A stretch of DNA of 64,000 bases from Clostridiales bacterium (GTDB lineage: Bacteria; Bacillota; Clostridia; Saccharofermentanales; Saccharofermentanaceae). This document shows, piece after piece, positions 52,282 through 61,202 of this stretch; within the stretch, counting starts at the first letter, position 1, and each line of letters opens with the position of its first letter. A model generated the notes under the pieces. That model searched no databases and had not been told where the DNA came from. It worked only from the letters and a program-made list of their open reading frames with translations. The position numbers and the translations under genes are program-made. Location: positions 142,951-206,950 of the forward strand of contig JAFWDK010000015.1 in the NCBI GenBank assembly GCA_017513085.1. The letters run 5' to 3'.

Positions 52282-53295
52282 TTAGTGAAGGCTGTTCGCA
52301 ATCTCATCCTTGATGTTATTGTTGTACGTCTTCAGATCATCCTCGAACCGATGCTCAAAAGCATCGATCGAGAACTCGCTCTGATCATTCATGTTCGTGT
52401 AGTGGCGAAGAAAATCGTTGATCTGACTTACGATCACACTGAACGAACTTACTACTACATAGTAAGTAATAGATAAGGACCCATCCGGCATCTGCACATC
52501 CGTATATACCTTTGCACCCAGTTTCCTGAAATGCTCAAACTCAGCCAGAAACTGTGCGAACAGTTTCTGGGCATCCTCTTTCGGTGGATTAAGTAATTCG
52601 TTGACCTTGAAAGTAAATCCGTTGGCCAGACAACCTACAGAAATATGCTTGGAACGTGCAGATAACGAGAATCCGGATTCTACCACCCTGCGTAGAAGTC
52701 TTACGATATCCGAAGTGGTCTCCGCATAAGAACCTTTGTAAGAAGATACAGACTTCTTGTAGAAACTTCCGATCTCTTCTTCCTTACTTCTATAGTAATC
52801 ACGAATGTCAGATACGAAATGTGACTTCCACACTTCATACTCATGTTTCTTCAACTCTTTTTCCGCCTTTTCCAGTCCACTATCTGAATCCAGGGAATCT
52901 TTCTTATCCTTCCACGCAGCCAGAAAACTCGTGAGAGGTTCCAGCTCTTTGTCAGAGTCATCGAAAACGATGGAAGTCTTTCCGTTCCCTTTTTCAATCC
53001 TGATGCCGTAGTTCTCCTCCAATTCAAAAAGAACGTACATTATGTCGGCAAATGAAGAGATATCAATATCAGAGATAGCTTCTATATCTATATTCAAAGC
53101 CTCGGCTAGCTTGGAACGGATATCTGCCTTGGGTGCCATGGCACCGCTTTCATACTTTCTTATACGGGAATCTGCGGTTGCAGCCGAGAAACCTACCTTC
53201 ATGCCCAGTTCCTTCTGGGAAAGGTCGTTCAAAAGCCTGTACTTCTTGATTTTGTTACCCAATTTCATATCCTTGAACACCTCGTTTGTATGCAA
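52282..53295 (-). CDS. XRE-family HTH repressor with long C-terminal domain
   Basis: LGNKIKKYR...LSQKELG...RIRKYESG...KLAEAL; divergent from xis-int; start 53295 or 53268. Confidence 0.85.
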   Translation of the reverse strand: MHTNEVFKDMKLGNKIKKYRLLNDLSQKELGMKVGFSAATADSRIRKYESGAMAPKADIRSKLAEALNIDIEAISDIDISSFADIMYVLFELEENYGIRIEKGNGKTSIVFDDSDKELEPLTSFLAAWKDKKDSLDSDSGLEKAEKELKKHEYEVWKSHFVSDIRDYYRSKEEEIGSFYKKSVSSYKGSYAETTSDIVRLLRRVVESGFSLSARSKHISVGCLANGFTFKVNELLNPPKEDAQKLFAQFLAEFEHFRKLGAKVYTDVQMPDGSLSITYYVVVSSFSVIVSQINDFLRHYTNMNDQSEFSIDAFEHRFEDDLKTYNNNIKDEIANSLH

Positions 53296-53351
53296 ACTGT
53301 GCCTCCATTATAGCACGTCAGACACAAAATGGAAGACCCCAAAGATAAAAC

Positions 53352-53432
53352 AGATATAAAAATGTATCTAAAAGTGTTGACAGGCGATATTAATGGATGT
53401 AATATATCGTCAACAGACACAAAAATATGTCT
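53352..53432. promoter_or_regulatory. Operators AGAYA-N8-TRTCT flanking the xis-int promoter
   Basis: AGATATAAAAATGTATCT (53352-53369) and AGACACAAAAATATGTCT (53415-53432) around TTGACA (53377)-N17-TAATAT. Confidence 0.65.
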
Positions 53433-53465
53433 ACCACAAAATCTAACAGGAAGGAGGTAAAGCCT

Positions 53466-53663
53466 ATGAACAAGGAAAAAGAACCACTCTTTATTGGAGT
53501 AGACACAGTGATGTTTGATCTCGGCGTATCGCGGGCCAAGGCGTACGACGTGATCAAGGAACTCAACGCACAGTTGAAGAAAGAGCATCCCCGAGCCATC
53601 GTCGTGGCGGGGAAAGTAAACCGCATCTGGTACGAAGAAGCTTGTCTGAAAGGAGGTGATTAA
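53466..53663 (+). CDS. Excisionase-like small DNA-binding protein
   Basis: 65 aa, V..DLGVSRAKAYDVIKELN...GKV; AGGAGG RBS; immediately upstream of the integrase. Confidence 0.75.
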   Translation: MNKEKEPLFIGVDTVMFDLGVSRAKAYDVIKELNAQLKKEHPRAIVVAGKVNRIWYEEACLKGGD

Positions 53664-53664
53664 T

Positions 53665-54762
53665 ATGGCAGTTTATAAAGATAACGGTAAAGGATACGAC
53701 GGTAAAAAATGGAAAGTCTCTTGCTACTTCACTGATTGGACCGGTGAACGCAAGAGACACATTAAGAGAGGTTTTGATACAAAGAAGGAAGCTCTCGAGT
53801 ACGAGCATGTCTTTATGGCGAAGACATCCAAAGATATCAATATGAGTTTTGATTCTTTTATAGATCTCTATATGGACGATGTGAAACCGCAACTGAAGAA
53901 GAGTACCCTTGCGAATAAGATCAAGATCATCGATATGCACGTTCGGCCTTACTTCAAGAATCTAAGCCTTTCAGAGATCACATCAACACATATCCTTCAG
54001 TGGCAGAACGAGCTTCTTCGGAAGCGGGACGCAGACGGTAAGGGATACTCCGAGACGTATCTTCGGACGATCAACAACCAGCTGACAGCAATTTTCAATC
54101 ATGCTGTCCGGTATTACGATCTTCCGAAGAACCCCTGCAAGTCTTTTAAGAAGATGGGAAAGTCCAACGCCAAAGAAATGCTCTTCTGGACGAAGGATGA
54201 ATACCTTAAGTTCGCGGGTATCATCAAGGACAAGCCGATGTCGTATTACGCCTTTCAGATTCTTTTCTGGACCGGGATCCGTGAAGGAGAGTTGCTGGCG
54301 TTGACACGGGCAGACTTTGACCTCGAGAAAAGAACTCTGCGGATCAACAAGACGTATCAGACGGTGGACGGCGAAGAGATGATCACATCCCCTAAAACCG
54401 AGAAGAGCAACCGTACGATCGAACTTCCGCAATTTCTCTGTGACGAGATGCAAGATTACTTTGATTCGATCTACAAACTCGACAACAACAGCCGGCTCTT
54501 TCCTTTCAGCAAGTATTTTCTTCTTCACGAGATGGATCGGGGAGCAAAGGCTGCCGGCGTAAAACGGATTCGGATCCACGATTTGAGACATTCGAGTTGT
54601 GCACTTCTGATCGAACTCGGGTATTCACCGATCCAGATTGCCGAAAGATTGGGTCACGAATGCAGCACCGTAACAGAGCGGTATTCGCACTTGTATCCGT
54701 CGGTACAGAGAAAAATGGCCGACAAACTAAACGAAACCTTTATGACACCGAAGGAGGCTTGA
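53665..54762 (+). CDS. int: Tyrosine recombinase / site-specific integrase
   Basis: N-terminal arm-binding KRGFDTKKEA; TGIREGE (R), PKT (K), HDLRH, LGH, RYSH (Y). Confidence 0.95.
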   Translation: MAVYKDNGKGYDGKKWKVSCYFTDWTGERKRHIKRGFDTKKEALEYEHVFMAKTSKDINMSFDSFIDLYMDDVKPQLKKSTLANKIKIIDMHVRPYFKNLSLSEITSTHILQWQNELLRKRDADGKGYSETYLRTINNQLTAIFNHAVRYYDLPKNPCKSFKKMGKSNAKEMLFWTKDEYLKFAGIIKDKPMSYYAFQILFWTGIREGELLALTRADFDLEKRTLRINKTYQTVDGEEMITSPKTEKSNRTIELPQFLCDEMQDYFDSIYKLDNNSRLFPFSKYFLLHEMDRGAKAAGVKRIRIHDLRHSSCALLIELGYSPIQIAERLGHECSTVTERYSHLYPSVQRKMADKLNETFMTPKEA

Positions 54763-54764
54763 TT

Positions 54765-55127
54765 ATGGGAAAGTATTTCGGGAACACCAAGAAGCAGAAG
54801 CGGCCCGTGAAGAAGAGAAAGAACGAGAACAACCGGCACAGAAAGGTCATCGTGAACTTTCGGGTCAGCCCATGTGAGAAGGCGTTGATCGATGCCCGCA
54901 TAGCTCAATCCGGACTGATGCGATCGACATATTTCATCGAGAGCTGTCTCTACCAGAAGGTTCTTGTAAAAGGAAACATCCGCTCCTTCTCGGCTATCAG
55001 AGTGACACTTCAGGAGTTATCCGAAAAGATCGATCGGAATCCCGATCTGACACAACTGGATCCGGTCGACGCGGAGCGGATCAGGATCATCCTCCAGATG
55101 ATCGATTACCTATTCGAAGGGAGGTGA
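54765..55127 (+). CDS. MobC-like ribbon-helix-helix relaxosome accessory protein
   Basis: IVNFRVSPCEKALID...SGL...YFI RHH pattern; AAGGAGG RBS. Confidence 0.6.
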   Translation: MGKYFGNTKKQKRPVKKRKNENNRHRKVIVNFRVSPCEKALIDARIAQSGLMRSTYFIESCLYQKVLVKGNIRSFSAIRVTLQELSEKIDRNPDLTQLDPVDAERIRIILQMIDYLFEGR

Positions 55128-55131
55128 GAAC

Positions 55132-55425
55132 ATGACACAGAGATCGTATGAAGACCGTATTGCGGAGATTCAAAAGAAGCAGGAACAGCTCGAAGCGCAG
55201 AAGCGGGCGCTTCAGAAAAAGCAGTCCGAAGAGGATCGCAAGAAGCGCACCAGACGGCTGATCGAACTTGGCGGAATCGTAGAGTCGGTGCTCGGAAGAC
55301 CGACCACCGACGAAGATAAAATCCGACTTCTGAATTTTCTAAACCGTCAGGAGAAGAACGGATGCTTCTTCACCAAAGCGATGAACGAACAGATCCCCGG
55401 AGGTGAGAAAAGTGTTGAAGGTTAA
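55132..55425 (+). CDS. Small coiled-coil mobilization protein (DUF3847/TraD-like)
   Basis: EDRKKRTRRLIELGGIVESVL motif typical of small genes beside MobA/MobL relaxases. Confidence 0.65.
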   Translation: MTQRSYEDRIAEIQKKQEQLEAQKRALQKKQSEEDRKKRTRRLIELGGIVESVLGRPTTDEDKIRLLNFLNRQEKNGCFFTKAMNEQIPGGEKSVEG

Positions 55426-55456
55426 GAGAACCCTACCCCATTCCCTTAACTTGTTA

Positions 55457-55488
55457 AGGGCGCACTTATATGTGGGCGGAGCCCACAT
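55457..55488 (-). promoter_or_regulatory. MOBQ-type oriT
   Basis: Minus strand reads inverted repeat ATGTGGGC-TCC-GCCCACAT then A-TAAGTGCGCCCT, the conserved MOBQ (RSF1010/pIP501-like) nic core. Confidence 0.85.
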
Positions 55489-55659
55489 CCAAGCGCGCTC
55501 TCCGAGGGGACTTATGCAGCCGGCACCAAAGGACTTTGTCCTTGTGGAATCCTACAAGGAAGCTTCGCTCCTTGACCTGGACCAAGTTTCACTTGGATGG
55601 AGTCCTGCGGACGGCGCTTTATCTCGCAACAGCACATCACAAGAAAGGAGGCATGCTTT

Positions 55660-57162
55660 ATGTCAATATACCATTGCTCGATAAAGATCATCAGCCGTGC
55701 GGGTGGCCGATCCGCTGTGGCTTCTGCGGCATACAGATCCGGCGAGAAACTGTATAACGGCGAGACCGGCATGACGCACGACTTTACCCGTAAGGGCGGA
55801 GTCATTATGAGTGAGATCCTTCTTCCGGAAAATGCACCGGAGCGGTTTTCGAACCGTGAGGTTCTGTGGAATGAAGTCCAGCAGATCGAAAAGAGATCGG
55901 ATGCACAATTCGCACGTGAGATCGAAGTCGCTCTTCCATCTGAAATGGCAAGAGAGGATCAGATCGAATGTGTCCGGAGTTATATCCGGGACAACTTTGT
56001 TTCCGATGGCATGATCGCTGACTGGGCACTTCATGACAAGGGAGAAGGAAATCCTCATGCACACATCCTGCTGACTCTCCGAGGACTCGACGAACATGAG
56101 AAGTGGCTTCAGAAACAGAAGACGGTTTTTGCTAACAGTAGAGATGAAAAAGGACGACCGGTATATGATCCTTCTCTTCCGTCCTATGATCCGAAAAACA
56201 AAGAAAAGACTTCGAAGTATCGGATACCGCAACTGGACAAAGACGGGAAACAAAAAGTCCGTATCCGTGAAGGAAAAGGAACTGAATACCTGTGGGAAAA
56301 GATTTCAATTCCCGCGAATGACTGGAATGAACACACAAAGGCAGAACAGTGGAGAGCATCCTGGGCAGAACACTGCAACCGATATCTCAACCCGGAACAG
56401 ATGATAGATCACAGAAGTTATGAAAGACAGGGAATAGAAAAGGAACCCACTATCCACGAGGGAGTCGTGGCAAGACAGATGGAAAAAGAAGGAAAGAACG
56501 CAGAAAGGTGTCAGATCAACCGTGAGATCCGGGAACGGAATTCGATACGGGAACAGATAAGAAAGATAGCATCGGAGATCACGAAACTGGTCGCCGAGAA
56601 AGTGAGGAACATATATGAACGATATAAGGAATTTAGAAGAACTATTGGAGATCCTGAAGGCTCAGGAAGAGATGCAGGAGATCCTGGAAAAGCAGCAGGC
56701 GGAAATCGAGGAACTCTATCAGATAAAGAATTCCTTGGAAGAGCAGCTGGAAGAATCTCTGCAATTAAACGAGCAGCTTACGAAGCAGAACAGGAAATTG
56801 CAGGAACAGATACACGAATTGCAAAACTAAGAGAAGCGATACACAAAAAGGAGGTAAAGATCCATGAACGATTCAGAAAACTTCAAGACAGAAGATCTTC
56901 TCGACATGATGGAGAAGATGCAGGACCAACTGGGAGCACAGATACAGAAATACTCCGATGCACTCGAGACGATATCGAGTCTTTCCTCGGAGAACTTGAA
57001 GCTCAGGAACGAGCTTCAGAAGAAAAGCGATACCATAGTCTCTTTGAACGGAAAGATCGAGACGCTGAGCAAGAGCGATCTCAATCTGAAGAAGAGCAAG
57101 GAGATACTCGAAGCAGGGATGAAAGCCAAGAGCGAAGCCGAGGATATGAGATCAGCTTGTGA
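55660..57162 (+). CDS. mobA: MobA/MobL (MOBQ) relaxase
   Basis: MSIYHCSIK, SAVASAAYRSGE, AREIEVALP, HDKGEGNPHAH (3H), DHRSY, PTIHEG; AAGGAGG RBS. Confidence 0.93.
   Translation: MSIYHCSIKIISRAGGRSAVASAAYRSGEKLYNGETGMTHDFTRKGGVIMSEILLPENAPERFSNREVLWNEVQQIEKRSDAQFAREIEVALPSEMAREDQIECVRSYIRDNFVSDGMIADWALHDKGEGNPHAHILLTLRGLDEHEKWLQKQKTVFANSRDEKGRPVYDPSLPSYDPKNKEKTSKYRIPQLDKDGKQKVRIREGKGTEYLWEKISIPANDWNEHTKAEQWRASWAEHCNRYLNPEQMIDHRSYERQGIEKEPTIHEGVVARQMEKEGKNAERCQINREIRERNSIREQIRKIASEITKLVAEKVRNIYERYKEFRRTIGDPEGSGRDAGDPGKAAGGNRGTLSDKEFLGRAAGRISAIKRAAYEAEQEIAGTDTRIAKLREAIHKKEVKIHERFRKLQDRRSSRHDGEDAGPTGSTDTEILRCTRDDIESFLGELEAQERASEEKRYHSLFERKDRDAEQERSQSEEEQGDTRSRDESQERSRGYEISL
56615..56830 (+). CDS. 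Small coiled-coil protein overprinted on mobA (+1 frame)
   Basis: GAGGA RBS; strong heptad L/E/Q pattern over 71 aa. Confidence 0.55.
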   Translation: MNDIRNLEELLEILKAQEEMQEILEKQQAEIEELYQIKNSLEEQLEESLQLNEQLTKQNRKLQEQIHELQN

Positions 57163-57889
57163 GGAAGAGAGAAAAACTCTTAATGAGAAAAAGTCAGAAC
57201 TGGATGCTCGGGAGAGGAAAGTAAGCAGTTGTGAAGCGAACCTCTCCCGAGAGATCACTACAAAAGCTGAAGAAATCACAAAAGAAAAGAGAGAGAGCCT
57301 CGAACAAGAGTATAAGAAACGTAGAAATGAGATGGAAAGCAGTTACGAAAAAAGAGAATCTCTTCTTTCCAACCAATATAAGAAAATGACCGTAGCACAC
57401 AAGGCCGAATTCACGGCCTTGCTACTCTACGGTCTGATATCCACAGTGATGCAGGTCCTGACTACACCAATAATAGTCGAAGAGTTTATTTCTTTCTTCC
57501 GCGGCTTGTGGAATGGAGTGACAGGTTATTTCCACCTTGCGAATAACGCAGGGAAGGGTATGGCCAGTATTGCAGACTATATCTCCAATCCTTCCGCTTC
57601 CACGATTCTACACGGACTCCTGTATATAGTCGTGACCGGAACGATAATCGGAGTAGCCGGACTCGGAATACTCTACATTGGTTTCGCATATTGGGACTAT
57701 TTGCATGAAAGTCTATGGGACAGATATACGGTGATTGCCATTGTTGTGATTCTTGCCGTTACGCTCTTTCTTTCGGAAGAGTTCTCAAGCATGCTACCAC
57801 TAAATCTACTTCTGATTCAGATACTGGTGTTCCTTGTATATTCAGGAGTAAGAGCGTGGATACATCACAAGAAAGAGACTGAGAACTAA
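56864..57889 (+). CDS. Coiled-coil + multi-TM protein (DUF6040-like), 5' part overlapping mobA
   Basis: AAGGAGGT RBS; about 180 aa coiled coil followed by 4 TM. Confidence 0.75.
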   Translation: MNDSENFKTEDLLDMMEKMQDQLGAQIQKYSDALETISSLSSENLKLRNELQKKSDTIVSLNGKIETLSKSDLNLKKSKEILEAGMKAKSEAEDMRSACEEERKTLNEKKSELDARERKVSSCEANLSREITTKAEEITKEKRESLEQEYKKRRNEMESSYEKRESLLSNQYKKMTVAHKAEFTALLLYGLISTVMQVLTTPIIVEEFISFFRGLWNGVTGYFHLANNAGKGMASIADYISNPSASTILHGLLYIVVTGTIIGVAGLGILYIGFAYWDYLHESLWDRYTVIAIVVILAVTLFLSEEFSSMLPLNLLLIQILVFLVYSGVRAWIHHKKETEN

Positions 57890-57989
57890 TTACAGAAAAA
57901 TCATTTCAGTTATGATTCTAGAAACTCTCTTGACAAGTAATTAAGAGATGTTTTTTATAGAATATGACGATGGTTTTATGGGGGTAGAC

Positions 57990-58718
57990 ATGTTTCGAAT
58001 AGCGCTTTGTGATGACAACCGGTCTTTTTTGGAATATGAAAGTGTAGTAATTTACGACCATTTGACTAAGAAAGATGTGCTTAGTCAATGTGATACTTTT
58101 ATATCTGGGGAGGAACTTCTGGCAAAGGGCATACTTATCAAGAATTATGATTTGTTCATTTTGGACTATGATATGGATGGACTTACCGGATTTGAAACCG
58201 CACGGAAAATATACGATATATTTCCTGAAGCAAAAATAGCTTTTGCAACCAATTACTATGACTTTACCCGAGAAGGTTATAGGTATAACGCAGTACGATA
58301 TCTTGTTAAGCAGGAGAAAACATTTGCATCTGAACTAAAAGAGTGCGTGGATCTTCTTTTTGAAAAGGAGCCTAAGAAGACAATCGTTATTGAATTACGC
58401 GATGGAAATAAAGAACTTAATATCGATGAAATAATGTATATTAGAAGTGATAAGCATTATATCAGGTTTTTCATCAAAGACAGGGATTCGACATATTTTG
58501 AGCGGCGATGCAGCCTCGATGACATCCAAGCAGAATTACCTCAATACTTCGTCAGAATTCATCAACGGTTCATAATCAATCTTAAGTACGTAGATAACAT
58601 TCAGCGATATGAGTTAACAATACCGAAGAGTGATGGCAAACCGTTAAAGTTTCCGATTTCGAGAAATAGATACGATGATGTTAATGAGAAGTATTGTTTG
58701 ATGAAGGGAAAGTTCTAA
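57990..58718 (+). CDS. LytTR-family response regulator (AgrA-like)
   Basis: IALCDD, LDYDM, YLVK, FVRIHQRFIINL, PISR. Confidence 0.92.
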   Translation: MFRIALCDDNRSFLEYESVVIYDHLTKKDVLSQCDTFISGEELLAKGILIKNYDLFILDYDMDGLTGFETARKIYDIFPEAKIAFATNYYDFTREGYRYNAVRYLVKQEKTFASELKECVDLLFEKEPKKTIVIELRDGNKELNIDEIMYIRSDKHYIRFFIKDRDSTYFERRCSLDDIQAELPQYFVRIHQRFIINLKYVDNIQRYELTIPKSDGKPLKFPISRNRYDDVNEKYCLMKGKF

Positions 58719-60008
58719 ATGATCTACAGCATTATAAATACAGTTGGATATGTTATTTTGGCTCAAATATTCTGCTCGGCCTTTATTGAGAGAGAAGAGA
58801 TGTCTGCATTCTTTAGTGGGATGACTACGATTCTCTGGATAATGCTGGGATCTGCTGTTTCTATTCTTTTGGAAGAAGTGCTGGTTATTCGAATCATTTT
58901 AGCTATTATGCTTAACATTCTGTTCTTTTTGATTCTCTATAAAAAGAACAGATTAGTGAAGACCATAGCTGTTGCAATATTATTCTATGTGACGGGATTG
59001 TCCTGCGAGATTCTTGTGGTTGCTATTCATAAGTATTTTGATCCTGAATTAAAGATTGAAAAACTGATGGATAGCAAAATATACGTGTACATGGGTGTTG
59101 TAAGCCAGTTTATGGAACTTATCGTTGTTTTTATCATTCGGAAAATCTTCCGAAAAGTGAGAACTGCCAAAATAGAATCGAAATTATGGATGATCTATAC
59201 TATTTTCCCTTTGTATTCTGTAAGCTTAGTTGTCCTGTTAGGGTATAGCTTCGATGGCCCTATCAGTTTTTCTCAAGCCAATGCGTTTACATATATAGCG
59301 AGTTCACTTTTGCTGATAAACCTGTTCATATATTGGTTTATACAGCAAGAATCAAGACGAGCTCTTGATGCGCAGAAAAATGATATTGAAATAGCTCATG
59401 CTGAGGGTATTGTTCAGTTATACGACCAAATAACTAAAGAACGCGATGTTCTGGGGAAACGGGAACATGAATTTAAGAATACAATTTCTGCGCTTCAGGG
59501 GCTATATGCAAATAAGCAATATGACAAAATGGGGGAGATTCTCGGTGTTCAGAATACCGAACTGATCAACAATACCAATGTGTTTGAAACAGGAAACCGG
59601 CTGATAAACACGATTCTTAATACGAAATATGTTGAGGCAAGGGAAAAAGACATCACTTTTAGGTTTGTTATTAATGATCTCTCAAAGTTGATAATCGCAG
59701 ATCGAGATTGTATAGTGATTCTTTCTAATATGATCAACAATGCTATCGAAGCCGCTGAGAAATGCCCTGAGGGAAAAAGAATCATATTCGTCAAAGCAGT
59801 AATTGAGGGCGGTAAGTTTATCTTTGCTTGTCGGAATTCGTACATAAATGACCTCGATCCGGAAATGAGAAGTAAAAAGAAAGATGTAGTGTCTCATGGG
59901 TATGGGATAGAGAACATAAAAGAAGCAGTAAATCGTAATAAAGGAAGTTGTATCTTTAGTAAAGAGGGACAGGAATTTGTTGCAGTAGTTATTCTTCCGA
60001 TAGGATAA
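58719..60008 (+). CDS. AgrC-like GHKL membrane histidine kinase
   Basis: Six to seven TM, REHEFKN H-box, NMINNAIEA, HGYGIENI. Confidence 0.9.
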   Translation: MIYSIINTVGYVILAQIFCSAFIEREEMSAFFSGMTTILWIMLGSAVSILLEEVLVIRIILAIMLNILFFLILYKKNRLVKTIAVAILFYVTGLSCEILVVAIHKYFDPELKIEKLMDSKIYVYMGVVSQFMELIVVFIIRKIFRKVRTAKIESKLWMIYTIFPLYSVSLVVLLGYSFDGPISFSQANAFTYIASSLLLINLFIYWFIQQESRRALDAQKNDIEIAHAEGIVQLYDQITKERDVLGKREHEFKNTISALQGLYANKQYDKMGEILGVQNTELINNTNVFETGNRLINTILNTKYVEAREKDITFRFVINDLSKLIIADRDCIVILSNMINNAIEAAEKCPEGKRIIFVKAVIEGGKFIFACRNSYINDLDPEMRSKKKDVVSHGYGIENIKEAVNRNKGSCIFSKEGQEFVAVVILPIG

Positions 60009-60089
60009 CTACAGGCAGTAACTAGTCTCTCTAGAAATGAATATAAAACAAGTATAATTCCGGCTAAACCATCCCGGATTAGTGCAGTT

Positions 60090-60119
60090 CTTGCCAAATT
60101 TTGACCATACTTGCCAAAT
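60090..60119 (+). promoter_or_regulatory. Direct repeats CTTGCCAAAT x2, putative LytTR binding site upstream of agrB
   Basis: Exact 10-bp repeats at 60090 and 60110 (20-bp period). Confidence 0.55.
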
Positions 60120-60191
60120 GCTGTTTTTTCTATTCTATTCGTCAAAATCATGTGCTATACAGTACTTAGATTTAGATGAAAGGAGAAGCAA

Positions 60192-60827
60192 ATGGAGCAG
60201 GTTGCGACGAAAATAGTGATTAAGATGGTGTCAGCTGATTTAATATCAGAAGAAGAATCTGATCTTTATAACTATGGTGTTCAGGTTATACTCGAAAAGG
60301 TCATTTCCTATGCCATCTTTTTTGTGTTGGCTATGATTATGCATAAGCTCTTGGAAATCTTACTATTCTTCGTTTCCTTCTCAATTCTCAGGAAGTATAG
60401 TGGCGGTATCCATTGCAAGACCTTTAAGTCTTGTTTGATTATTTCTGCCCTTGTGTCTTTTTCTGGTATGATGCTTCTGCCGATTGTTGAACATAACATA
60501 TTATTATATCAAGGGGGGGTTGTGATGTCAATAGTTGTTTTGATTATTCTTGGCTCTATCAACAACCCCAATATAGATTGGAGCGATTGCGAGTATAAAA
60601 GTGCAAGACGGTTGTCCAGAACGATAACAGTTTTCGAAACATCTGTTTTGCTCTTGTTGGCAGCCTTGCATACCTCGATCAAAATTCGGTTCTTTATCAG
60701 CTACGGAATTGTAGTTTGTGCAATTTCAATGCTGTTAGAAATACGAAAGAGGGGAGGTATAGCATATGAAGAATGCAGAGAGACAGATCTTGAAGGCGGT
60801 GAAAGCAGCTGCAAAGAAGCAGACTGA
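60192..60827 (+). CDS. agrB: Accessory gene regulator B (peptide-processing protease)
   Basis: YNYG, LRKYSGGIHCKTFKSC catalytic motif, multi-TM. Confidence 0.9.
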   Translation: MEQVATKIVIKMVSADLISEEESDLYNYGVQVILEKVISYAIFFVLAMIMHKLLEILLFFVSFSILRKYSGGIHCKTFKSCLIISALVSFSGMMLLPIVEHNILLYQGGVVMSIVVLIILGSINNPNIDWSDCEYKSARRLSRTITVFETSVLLLLAALHTSIKIRFFISYGIVVCAISMLLEIRKRGGIAYEECRETDLEGGESSCKEAD

Positions 60828-60885
60828 TCCGAAGATTCCGGGATGTTTGATTCTTTATCACCAGCCGAAGAGACCGAAGAAGTAA
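60766..60885 (+). CDS. agrD: AgrD cyclic autoinducing peptide precursor (39 aa)
   Basis: Hand translation MKNAERQILKAVKAAAKKQTDPKIPGCLILYHQPKRPKK; GGGGAGGT RBS; C-x4-HQPKxP clostridial AgrD signature; overlaps the agrB end. Confidence 0.85.
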   Translation: MKNAERQILKAVKAAAKKQTDPKIPGCLILYHQPKRPKK

Positions 60886-61202
60886 GTTGATATTAATCAG
60901 AGAATAAACGAATTCGACATACCAAACTGCTGACAGAAGAAGAGTAGTTACGGAATGATATTCAACAAATCTATTTGTCAGCGTTTGGTGTATCGATGGG
61001 ACTGGAACTGTATTTGAAATAGCCGTTAATTCTAATAAGGATATATTGGAGAATTGAAGAAGAAAGTATATCTATAGTTGCGAACTGCTATATAACCGAT
61101 GATTCGTACATTTAGTTGAATAGAGTATTACTTACTGGCGATATTCTGATTGTACAAAGTACGATCAGAAATTATTGCAAAAAGAAAAAGGAGTGTGATT
61201 AT

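Noticed and set aside
52282-54762. Prophage interpretation of repressor-xis-int
   Set aside because: Followed by oriT, a relaxase and cargo rather than phage replication or structural genes
55403-55805. Several short ORFs upstream of or overlapping the mobA start
   Set aside because: They span oriT and the relaxase start and have no recognisable protein signal
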